A stretch of DNA of 12,027 nt from Oligoflexus sp. (GTDB lineage: Bacteria > Bdellovibrionota_B > Oligoflexia > Oligoflexales > Oligoflexaceae), in assembly GCA_041736305.1 (NCBI GenBank), contig JBGSTX010000123.1:1-12027 (forward strand), in the 5' to 3' direction. Shown one piece after another: positions 1 through 7,585 of this stretch. The position numbers were made by a program, and so were the translations under genes. Positions within the stretch are counted from its first letter, which is position 1; each line of letters starts with the position of its first letter. Under the pieces are notes generated by a model that was given only the letters and a program-made list of their open reading frames with translations, was not told where the DNA came from and did no database searches.

Positions 1-71
1 TTACGCCTATTTACGATTTTTGATACGATGGCTTCTTTGAATTCTTTGGAATAGGTCGACCGTTTTCCCAC
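1..71 (-). CDS. IS3-family transposase OrfA, N-terminal fragment (partial, runs off window)
   Basis: Manual translation from GTG at 71 gives (M)GKRSTYSKEFKEAIVSKIVNRR..., open to the window edge. This matches the YSxEFK..AV N-terminus of IS3 OrfA helix-turn-helix proteins. Confidence 0.75.
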   Translation of the reverse strand, partial: MGKRSTYSKEFKEAIVSKIVNRR

Positions 72-134
72 TTGTCTGTTCTTGCTCGCCCGCTTTAAGT
101 TAAATCTGAGTTAAGCGACAGGTACCGTGAAACA
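1..134 (-). mobile_element. IS3-family insertion sequence, left end (IRL plus start of orfA); continues beyond the window edge
   Basis: The minus strand from 134 reads 5'-TGTTTCACGGTACCTGTCGCTTAAC, starting with the 5'-TG typical of IS3-family ends. An OrfA-like ORF starts about 60 nt inside, and the hipA reading frame breaks at this junction (in-frame TGA at 128-130). Confidence 0.8.
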
Positions 135-136
135 GG

Positions 137-487
137 GGGGATGGGCATCTCAAAAACTACTCTATTTTCCATAGACTGGAAAACGGTGTAGCCCGTTTCC
201 ACCTGACCCCCTTCTACGATATCCTGCCCATCCATCTCTTTGCGCGGCAGGACAAGGATCAACTCGCGCTTACCCTAAATGGTAAAAAGCGGAGTATAGC
301 CAAAAACGATTTTCAAAGCCTGGCTGTCAAGATGGGGATCAAGGTGCAGACCATCGATGACTTCGTGAGCGAGTTCGAGGCGAATCTTCCGGACTACTTC
401 GAGACTTTCAGGATGTTCGGCATTGAGGAGGAATTATTGGTGATTCATGAAAAGTTTATTGAGGAGCAGCTGGGACTGTTAAGATAA
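137..487 (+). pseudogene. hipA: HipA-family Ser/Thr kinase toxin, C-terminal remnant truncated by the IS insertion
   Basis: Manual frame +2 translation: GDGHLKNYSIFHRLENGVARFHLTPFYDILPIHLFARQDKDQLALTLNGKKRSIAKNDFQSLAVKMGI...EEQLGLLR*. DGHxKN and LTPFYDI match the catalytic and Mg-binding motifs of E. coli HipA (DGHAKNFS...LTPFYDI), and LALTLNGKK is common in HipA_C proteins. There is no start codon before the motifs and a stop at 128-130. Confidence 0.88.
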
Positions 488-656
488 TTCAAACGCAAAA
501 AAACCTTAGCAGGCAAACAGAACCTTATTCGGAGAAAAAACAGCTGACAATACCCGCACCACTACAAAGCGGGGGTGAAAAAAAATATTCGGCGCTTGAG
601 TACGAAGGGTTTGGAAATAATGACCTGGTATGTCAGATTAGGAAGAGCCTGAAGTC

Positions 657-690
657 AGGAGGTGGTGACGATGTCCCGCCACCACCACCC
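657..690 (-). terminator. GC-rich stem-loop directly after the fadE stop (possible terminator or 3' stabiliser)
   Basis: Minus strand reads GGGTGGTGGTGGCG-GGACAT-CGTCACCACCTCCT, a long stem with G-U pairs and one mismatch, 3 nt after the TAG. It lacks a strong U-tract. Confidence 0.5.
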
Positions 691-693
691 GCT

Positions 694-3153
694 CTAGGCT
701 CGAACCGCTTCCTTAGGTTTATCGGTCAGCAGGCCGAATTGGAAATCTTCCAGTCGGAAAGAATCGACCTGAATCGCATCCTCGCGCGCTGCCTCAGCCC
801 GCTGAACGAGATGAAACTCGTCGCGCGTGATAATTCCCTCATCGAGAGCTTTTTGCACCAAACGCTCAGGCTTGCCCTTGGGCAACTTCTTCTCTTTCAC
901 AGCCCTTGAAACCTTCTGGAAGACAGCACTAGCCTCATAGACGAGCTTCAAGGTCTGCTCATAACGCGCTAACGCTTCATGCGGATCACTGGGTAGATAG
1001 ACACCCTCACCCAAAGCATCCCGTAGAGCACCTGGCCGACAGATTCCCTGCGCTACTTTGTGACTTAGCTTGTCGTCTGGGCCCATGCCGATACTGTTCA
1101 AGCGTGACCAGAAAGCTACGGGGCCACGGAAAATGAAGCGGATCAAAGGCACTTCGATGTTGTCGAAAATTCCCTCGAATGCAGTCTGAATCTTCATGAA
1201 ACAATGCTGCAAAGCCCAGTCTACATATGGTTTATGCTCGGCCTGACGTCCCTCCGCCTCAAAGCGCTGGATCACCGCCGTCGCCATATACATCCAAGAC
1301 AAGACATCGGCATAACGCCCCGTAATGCTCTCACGGAGTTTCAAGGCACCACCGTAAGAACCTAGAGCTAGATCGGACATGAAGGAAAAAGTCGCTGAGG
1401 CCCAGGAAAGCTTCTGATAATAGCGTTTACAAGGACCGGAAGGTACGCCAGCTAGATAGCCACGCGTGAGACTGAGGAGCAAGGCCCGACAGCCGTTGCG
1501 TATAACGAAACCGATGTGAGCCCAGAAAGCCTTATCAAAAGCCTTGGTGTCATTCGACTGCAAAGCCTTCACTTCTGAATAGGCGTAAGGGTGACAGCGA
1601 ATCGCTCCCTGTCCGAAGATCATCAGTGAGCGAGTCAGAATGTTGGCCCCCTCGACCGTAATTCCTATAGGCGTCGCTATATAAGCGTTCGCTAATAGAT
1701 TGCGAGGACCCCGAGAGATGGCCGCTCCTGCAAGTATGTCCATCCCGTCGTTGATAAGCTGGCGGGCTATTTCCGTCGAATTGTACTTGGCGATAGCCGA
1801 CACTACGGCAGGCTTGATGCCCGAATCGACGGCACCTACTGTAAAGATCCGCGAAGCCTCGAGCAGATAACTCAGACCACCTATACGGGCCAGAGGTTCT
1901 TCGATTCCCTCGAAGCGACCTATTTCAATACCGAACTGCTTTCTGATGGCAGCATAGGCGCCAGCTACCCTCAGGATCATCTTTGCACTGCCAGCCGACT
2001 GAGCCGGGAGAGAGATCGAACGACCTATCGCCAGACACTCCATCAGCATCTGCCAACCACGACCCGCAAACTCGGGGCCCCCGATAATTTGATCGGCCGA
2101 TATCACCACGTCCTTGCCTTCGGTCGGACAATTGTAGAAGGGCACACCCATCGGATTATGGCGCTGCCCTAAAACTACCCCTGGAGTCGTATGCGGAACC
2201 AAAACACAGGTAATTCCGGGGTCCTTCCCCTTGCCCAGCAGATTGTCCGGATCCCTCAGTTTAATCGCCATCCCCAGCAAAGTCGCGACCGCTGCTAAGG
2301 TGATGTAACGCTTGCTCCAGTTGAGGCGGATGTATAGCTTCCCGTCCTCGCCCTTGAATACCACGCCATAGGAAGTCATGCCGCCGGCATCAGAACCGGC
2401 ATGAGCTTCGGTCAGAGCGAAACAAGGCAGTTCACGACCATCCGCTAGACGAGGTAGATAGTATTCCTTTTGATGTGCGGTTCCGTAATGCGAGATGAGC
2501 TCTCCTGGACCCAGTGAGTTAGGGACCATGACCGTTACCGCCAAAGGCATCGAGCGACTGGCTATCTTACTCACGACTTCGCTGTTAGCGAGAGCTGAAA
2601 AACCCAATCCACCATGTTCCTTCGGGATCACCAGGCCGAAGAACTTCTCTTTCTTAATATAAGCCCAGACCTCTGGACTCAAATCGCCTTTCTGAAAAAT
2701 GTCCCAGTCGGTCATCAGCGAACAGAGCTTCTCGCACTGCACATCGATGAAAGCCTTTTCCTCCCCCTTCAACTTTCCATAAACATTCTTGCTAATAGCC
2801 GTAAAATTCGGCTTGCCGGAAAAGAGCTCCTTGTCCACCCATGTGGTACCAGCTTCAAGGGCTACCTGCTCGGTTTCTGAAATTTCCGGCAGGATGTTTA
2901 GCTTCTTCAGTAAGAGGACTACGGGAGCGCTGAGTATGAGCCTGCGCAGCGGAACAATGTTTAAGACCAGAAGTGGAATTCCAACGATAACCCAAAGCGC
3001 TGGATGGGCATCCAAAAGCCAGAACCAGAAAACCGTGTAGATAGTGACCATCCAGAGTTTAACGCCCAAAAAGCCTAGATAAAGAGCTCCTAAAAAAGCC
3101 AGTAGAGTGAGCAGAGTGCCGTTGTCCTGCACCCAGGTAAGACTGTTTTCCAT
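694..3153 (-). CDS. fadE: Long-form acyl-CoA dehydrogenase (FadE type, N-terminal membrane anchor, C-terminal DUF1974-like region), 819 aa
   Basis: Motifs VMVPNSLGPGEL, CFALTEAHAGSDAG, WSKRYITLA, RKQFG and ITVEGANILTR (catalytic Glu), plus a hydrophobic N-terminus. Start moved to ATG 3153 (MENSLTW), which follows an AAGGGAG Shine-Dalgarno sequence. Confidence 0.93.
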   Translation of the reverse strand: MENSLTWVQDNGTLLTLLAFLGALYLGFLGVKLWMVTIYTVFWFWLLDAHPALWVIVGIPLLVLNIVPLRRLILSAPVVLLLKKLNILPEISETEQVALEAGTTWVDKELFSGKPNFTAISKNVYGKLKGEEKAFIDVQCEKLCSLMTDWDIFQKGDLSPEVWAYIKKEKFFGLVIPKEHGGLGFSALANSEVVSKIASRSMPLAVTVMVPNSLGPGELISHYGTAHQKEYYLPRLADGRELPCFALTEAHAGSDAGGMTSYGVVFKGEDGKLYIRLNWSKRYITLAAVATLLGMAIKLRDPDNLLGKGKDPGITCVLVPHTTPGVVLGQRHNPMGVPFYNCPTEGKDVVISADQIIGGPEFAGRGWQMLMECLAIGRSISLPAQSAGSAKMILRVAGAYAAIRKQFGIEIGRFEGIEEPLARIGGLSYLLEASRIFTVGAVDSGIKPAVVSAIAKYNSTEIARQLINDGMDILAGAAISRGPRNLLANAYIATPIGITVEGANILTRSLMIFGQGAIRCHPYAYSEVKALQSNDTKAFDKAFWAHIGFVIRNGCRALLLSLTRGYLAGVPSGPCKRYYQKLSWASATFSFMSDLALGSYGGALKLRESITGRYADVLSWMYMATAVIQRFEAEGRQAEHKPYVDWALQHCFMKIQTAFEGIFDNIEVPLIRFIFRGPVAFWSRLNSIGMGPDDKLSHKVAQGICRPGALRDALGEGVYLPSDPHEALARYEQTLKLVYEASAVFQKVSRAVKEKKLPKGKPERLVQKALDEGIITRDEFHLVQRAEAAREDAIQVDSFRLEDFQFGLLTDKPKEAVRA

Positions 3154-3318
3154 GCGAACTCCCTTAATGAAACGTTCGGAAACAGCAGCGCTGAACTGCC
3201 GAAGCATCTCCGAGCGAGAGCTTCTGCAGTACTGTCAGCTATATTAAAGCTTTTCTGGGCTTTTGTTGAGGCGATTGCGAGGCGAGGAGTCGATGTCTGG
3301 AGGAAAGCAACGCCTCGG

Positions 3319-4557
3319 TTAGTTGAGAAGCCTTTGCAAATAATGCTGAGGATCAGCGAGTAGGTCCCGCGTTATGCGTAACTCGCGAATCGATGTCGAC
3401 GGCAACTCGAATTTGAAAGGACGCAGGGCACGCTCGAGAAGGGACAAGAGAGCGCGAGCCCCGGTGGACTCAGCCGCAGCAGCGGCGGCCAGATCTTCTA
3501 AAGCTTCGTCAGTGAAGCTGAGCTCGATCCCATAAGCCGCAAAGGAACGCTTGTACTGCTTGATAATGGACCCATGAGACTCAGTAAGTATCCTGAAGTA
3601 ATCATTCTTATTGAGGGAATGGCAAGCCACTCTCACCGGCAGCCGACCAATAAACTCTGGCTCCAAACCGTAGCTCACAAAGTCTGATACTCCCGCTTCA
3701 TTCAGGATATCGCCGGCTCGCTCTCGTCGGTCGCTAAGACCACGACCATCTTGGAAGCCGATGCTACGGGTGTGTAGACGCTGCTGGACAATGTCTTCGA
3801 GGCCGCTAAAGGCTCCACTGACAATGAAGAGAATATGCTTCGTGTTGATCTTGGAATGGCCTGACTTGCCTCTCTGCAAATCCATAATTGCTTGCAGCTG
3901 GGTGTGTAAGTCCGGACCGCCACGCAGATCGACTTCTGTTTCTTCCATAAGCCTGAGTAAGCCAAATTGAACACCTCTCGTATTGACGTCTTTGATACTG
4001 CTCTTCACTCGGGTTGCTAGCTTGTCGACCTCATCCAGATAAATAATACCTGTTTCAGCTTTCTGCACGTCCCCCTTAGCCTGAGCGACGAGCTCCTTGA
4101 GCATGTCCTCGACATTGCCCCCGACATAGCCCGTTTCGCTGAACTTGGTCGCATCCGCCTTGACGAAGGGGACACCGATCAAGTTGGCGATTTTACGGAT
4201 TAGATAGGTCTTACCTACTCCCGTCGGTCCGAGTAGAAGGATGTTTTGCTTCGCATATTCATCCTCGGCATTGAAACGGCCCTCTACACACGACTTCACG
4301 TGCTTATAATGGTCGCAGATGGCAATAGCCAAGACTTTCTTCGCTTCATCCTGACGAATCACAAAACGGTCGAGAAAATCTTTAACTTCCCGCGGCGTAT
4401 AGTTGAAATCCCAGTCCAGTCGCTTCTCGTCCCCCACCGGACCCTCAGCAGCAATAGCGCTGCTAAAGATTTGTTGCTTGCCGCTAAAGCGCTTGCGAAC
4501 AAGTTCTTCAAATTCCTTTTGTAAGAGCTCTGGAATCGGAGGCGTGTGATCAGCCAT
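3319..4557 (-). CDS. ClpX-like AAA+ ATPase (atypical: no N-terminal zinc-binding domain), 412 aa
   Basis: TPREVKDFLDRFVIRQDEAKK, Walker A GPTGVGKT, DATKFSETGYVG pore-1 loop, Walker B IYLDEVDK, ILFIVSGAF, SIGF loop, PEFIGRLP, sensor-2 TGARAL. No Cys cluster at the N-terminus. Confidence 0.88.
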   Translation of the reverse strand: MADHTPPIPELLQKEFEELVRKRFSGKQQIFSSAIAAEGPVGDEKRLDWDFNYTPREVKDFLDRFVIRQDEAKKVLAIAICDHYKHVKSCVEGRFNAEDEYAKQNILLLGPTGVGKTYLIRKIANLIGVPFVKADATKFSETGYVGGNVEDMLKELVAQAKGDVQKAETGIIYLDEVDKLATRVKSSIKDVNTRGVQFGLLRLMEETEVDLRGGPDLHTQLQAIMDLQRGKSGHSKINTKHILFIVSGAFSGLEDIVQQRLHTRSIGFQDGRGLSDRRERAGDILNEAGVSDFVSYGLEPEFIGRLPVRVACHSLNKNDYFRILTESHGSIIKQYKRSFAAYGIELSFTDEALEDLAAAAAAESTGARALLSLLERALRPFKFELPSTSIRELRITRDLLADPQHYLQRLLN

Positions 4558-4621
4558 CTTAGGTCCATCGATGAAGGCGTGGAGCTCGCGAGTAAAAAAT
4601 ATTTTCCAATGCTAGGCCAAA

Positions 4622-4658
4622 TGCACTCGAACTATATCGAGTCGCAGCTTGAGTGCAA
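4622..4658 (-). promoter_or_regulatory. Putative sigma70 promoter of the clpX-like gene with overlapping repeated/inverted motifs
   Basis: Minus strand TTGCAC (4658-4653), 16 nt, TATAGT (4636-4631), about 75 nt upstream of the ATG. The -10 is flanked by a perfect ACTCGA/TCGAGT inverted repeat. Confidence 0.5.
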
Positions 4659-4847
4659 AGGAAATTGGGACTGAGAAATATTCTTAACAAAGAAAATTTC
4701 CCAGCGCATAATTTCTAACACTGCTCCTGACTGAGCTCTGCAGTCAGCGAATTTTTTAAGGCAGATCGGACCCAGTTCTTGGCTCAATAAAGACATGGGA
4801 GAGGGGAGTACGCCATTAGAGAAGGAAGAGGCTTGTCTTAGGCAGCA

Positions 4848-5120
4848 CTAGTTGGACATCAGAAGGAGAGCTCGATCAGCTTTCTCAGAAAGTGCTTTTC
4901 CTGCACTATTGAGACTGAGACGCGATCCAATACGATCGAACAGTTTGATCTCAAAGACATCTTCAATCTTCCTCAAACGATGACTCACCGCAGGAGGCGT
5001 CAAGCCCAAGAGGGCCGCGCCCGTCGACGGTCTGCCACCACGCAGCAAGTGCTGGAGGAGGATGAGGTCGTCAATGTCCAACATGCGAAGTCTCTTATAC
5101 TTATCGCCGTGTAATTCCAT
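4848..5120 (-). CDS. Small LysR-type winged-HTH-only protein (no effector-binding domain), 90 aa
   Basis: LDIDDL...GAALLGLTPPAVSHRLRKIEDVFEIKLFDRIGSRLSLNSAGKAL is the LysR HTH_1 signature. A perfect AAAGGAGGT Shine-Dalgarno sequence precedes ATG 5120. The stop follows the linker helix. Confidence 0.85.
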   Translation of the reverse strand: MELHGDKYKRLRMLDIDDLILLQHLLRGGRPSTGAALLGLTPPAVSHRLRKIEDVFEIKLFDRIGSRLSLNSAGKALSEKADRALLLMSN

Positions 5121-5506
5121 GACGCGACCTCCTTTTGCATTCATGTCCCCAGATCAGCTACGGGTAGTTTTACCCTATTCAAATCGAATTCTGGCCGACA
5201 GGTCAACTTTTTGAACAAATAAAACATTCTGGGAAGTTCTCCCTGATCGTGTCCGACAGATTTGGCGCAGGAAAAGCTTGCGGGGTCCACTTGTTCAGAG
5301 TGAACCCTTTTTTCATGCAGGGTAGTCTCGATATTTAGGCTCTTCTTGCCTTGAGGCCCAGCCGTGACATACAAAAGGGGGCAAGAGTCCTACTGTGACT
5401 GGCAGAGAGCTTGCTATCGGACTAGAGCGAGGCTCACAATGCCTGTCTAGAGGGCCTTAGAGAAAGTCGTTTACGCTTAGAAGAACTCCAGGGCGGAGCG
5501 TGTCAA

Positions 5507-6382
5507 ATGGATGTGTTTGGCTACCAGGACTACCGGGAGATTCTGCGCAGCGAACTCGCCCGGCGTATCAGACAAAACCCTCGCTACTCGCAAGGTGCTT
5601 TTGCGCGCGATCTGGCGCTAACTCCAGGACGTCTCAGCGAAATTTTACATGGTAAGCAAGGCGTGTCGACCAAGGTTGCCACGCAAATTAGCAAGGGGCT
5701 GCACTTTAGCGACGAGGAAAGTGCCTATTTCCTCGACCTGGTCGAAAGTCAGCATGGTCGTAGCCGGCTGCTCCGCGATGCCGCCCGCCTTCGCCTCCAT
5801 CGCTATCGCCGCATCCCCTTCGCCGAAAAAATGGGTGAAGATGCCTTTCGAGTCATCAGTGACTGGTATCACGTCGCCATACTTGAACTCCTTCGTCTGC
5901 CCCATCACCAAAATTCTCCCCAGTGGATCGCCGAAGCCCTGAGTATCGAAACCGAAGAGGCCAGCGCAGCCCTCGATCGATTGATTCGCCTTGGACTAAT
6001 CGCGCCAGATCCGGAAGGCCGACCCGTTTTGGTCGATGCCAATCAACGATTCAGTGGTTCAATGCACGCCGAGTCTTTCCAAAAATACGCGCGGCAGATA
6101 CTATGGAGAGCTCTCGAAGCGGTCGATAAGGCCCAGCTGACGGCTATGCATAGCTACATTCTCGCACTTCCTGAAAGCCAAGTGCCGCATATCCTCCGCA
6201 TACTTAAAGACAGCAGCGACCGGCTCGCAGAAACTATAGATCTTGAGCACGGAGAAAAGGATAAAGATGTTGTGTACTGTCTGGCGCTGCAATTATTCCC
6301 TCTTTCGCGCATCCCTGCCGAAAGTTCTGGCGGTCCTGAATCGGAAGAAGATGTCAAAGAACTTCCCCCCTCCCTGCACTAA
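5507..6382 (+). CDS. TIGR02147-family protein (N-terminal XRE-like HTH, C-terminal DUF4423-like domain), 291 aa
   Basis: YQDYREIL...RRIRQNPRYSQGAFARDLALTPGRLSEILHGKQGVS, FRVISDWYHVAILEL, WIAEAL...ALDRLIRLGLI and the terminal VYCLALQLFPLS are hallmarks of this family. A GGAG RBS lies upstream. Confidence 0.88.
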   Translation: MDVFGYQDYREILRSELARRIRQNPRYSQGAFARDLALTPGRLSEILHGKQGVSTKVATQISKGLHFSDEESAYFLDLVESQHGRSRLLRDAARLRLHRYRRIPFAEKMGEDAFRVISDWYHVAILELLRLPHHQNSPQWIAEALSIETEEASAALDRLIRLGLIAPDPEGRPVLVDANQRFSGSMHAESFQKYARQILWRALEAVDKAQLTAMHSYILALPESQVPHILRILKDSSDRLAETIDLEHGEKDKDVVYCLALQLFPLSRIPAESSGGPESEEDVKELPPSLH

Positions 6383-7562
6383 GAGACTAGGACCAGTGGT
6401 CAGCCTCTTCATTTTGTTTTTGCTTTTTATGCCTTTGGACAAAGTCCTCGCGGGAAACTTCACCGAAACTATCGGTTTCGTGGGCGATAGCATCAGCACC
6501 GGAGGAGGTGCACACCCCTCTCTATCCTTCGACCGCGAGGTGATGGAGAAGATCTTTCGCGATGAGATCGATCTTAAGCCCGATGCCCGCTATCGAGAGG
6601 AACTTGAACGTAAATGGGGGCAAGCCGTGCCGGAGCTTGGCGCACCTCTGCGCCTGCCTCTTTCGAGACGAGAATTTGGCAACCCGCTGACTTGGGTCTA
6701 TGAGAGGGGTTTTCACTACTTTTCGCATCGCTACCTCGATGCGGAAGAATATAGCTGGGGCTATCTCCTTAGTCGCCAGCTCTCGAGTTCTCCAGATCGG
6801 GTCTACATCGCAGCTCGTAACGGCGAGCGGGCGGAAGACGCTTCGAGACAGATCGATCGCCTGCTCGATGCTACCGAAGGTAAGGCGCTCAATCACGTCT
6901 TCATGTTTTTTACGGGTAACGACATCTGCTCCGCCATCGGCGGTTTGGGCACCGATCCGGAAAGCTATGCGGAAGGCGTGGAAAAAGCCGTGCGGTATTA
7001 CGCGCGCAATGCGAGGGTGCCACTGGATGGAGTGGCCCATGTGTGGCTCTTGGACCCCCTCGGAATTTTGCAGATCGTGAGTTCGCCTTCTATCCTGAAT
7101 CACAAGGTCCGGGCGTATGGACAAGAGATGAGCTGCCGCGACTTACAAGCGGGCCAGTTCAAAGCACAAAAAGCTCCGCCCAATCCCAATCTCGGCACCG
7201 ATACGAGTGCGCAGCTAGCCGAACTGTTTGTGAACGTCTTCAGCGTTGGGCCCCTGGCTTACTGCCCCGGACTCTTCGCGGTTCACGGTGCCCCTAGCGA
7301 GCTCCAGATGAAACTCGGCGGACTCCTCACGGCTTATAGGGCTCAACTGGCGAAACTACCAGCTAAACTGCAGGACCTGCCCACGCACTTCAAAGTTCAT
7401 CACGTGGGTGCGACAGCCGAAATAGTCTTCCAAGGGGAAGACATGGCAAACGACTGCTTTCACCTGAACCTGAAAGGTCAGCTGAAAATCGCCGAGACAC
7501 TGCGCGATGAGATGCAAAAAGTATTGGGGGCACTCAATCAGCAAGGCGGCGTGACTCCCTAA
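6351..7562 (+). CDS. Secreted SGNH/GDSL-family hydrolase (lipase/esterase-like)
   Basis: Block I GDSIS, block II Gly (ARNG), block III FTGNDIC, block V DCFH. Signal peptide KRLGPVVSLFILFLLFMPLDKVLA-G. The start is most plausibly ATG 6351 (alternative GTG 6396) rather than 6243. Confidence 0.85.
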   Translation: MSKNFPPPCTKRLGPVVSLFILFLLFMPLDKVLAGNFTETIGFVGDSISTGGGAHPSLSFDREVMEKIFRDEIDLKPDARYREELERKWGQAVPELGAPLRLPLSRREFGNPLTWVYERGFHYFSHRYLDAEEYSWGYLLSRQLSSSPDRVYIAARNGERAEDASRQIDRLLDATEGKALNHVFMFFTGNDICSAIGGLGTDPESYAEGVEKAVRYYARNARVPLDGVAHVWLLDPLGILQIVSSPSILNHKVRAYGQEMSCRDLQAGQFKAQKAPPNPNLGTDTSAQLAELFVNVFSVGPLAYCPGLFAVHGAPSELQMKLGGLLTAYRAQLAKLPAKLQDLPTHFKVHHVGATAEIVFQGEDMANDCFHLNLKGQLKIAETLRDEMQKVLGALNQQGGVTP

Positions 7563-7578
7563 ACGGAAGCCTCGCCGC
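7546..7578. terminator. Imperfect hairpin between the convergent SGNH and proS stops
   Basis: GCGGCGTGACTCC-CTAAAC-GGAAGCCTCGCCGC, with outer GCGGCG/CGCCGC arms. No clear U-tract. Confidence 0.35.
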
Positions 7579-7585
7579 GATCGAG

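Noticed and set aside
3..23. Plus-frame TPIYDF resembling the HipA xPxYD motif
   Set aside because: It is followed at once by a stop and lies antisense to the IS orfA. The real motif (LTPFYDI) is at about 203-223.
552..585. CCCGC...GCGGG hairpin with an A-run downstream of hipA
   Set aside because: The stem is short, the loop is large and the A-run is on the wrong side for a terminator on either strand.
5141..5374. 77-aa minus-strand ORF upstream of the LysR-HTH gene
   Set aside because: No clear RBS or motif, and it lies in the divergent promoter region. It cannot be fully excluded.
6243..6350. N-terminal extension of the SGNH ORF (likewise 3154-3207 for fadE, 5121-5144 for the LysR-HTH gene, 10810-10851 for ettA)
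   Set aside because: Downstream ATGs fit better with RBS position, signal peptide placement or family N-termini.
6522..7124. 200-aa minus-strand ORF inside the SGNH gene
   Set aside because: Antisense shadow. The plus frame carries all the SGNH catalytic blocks.
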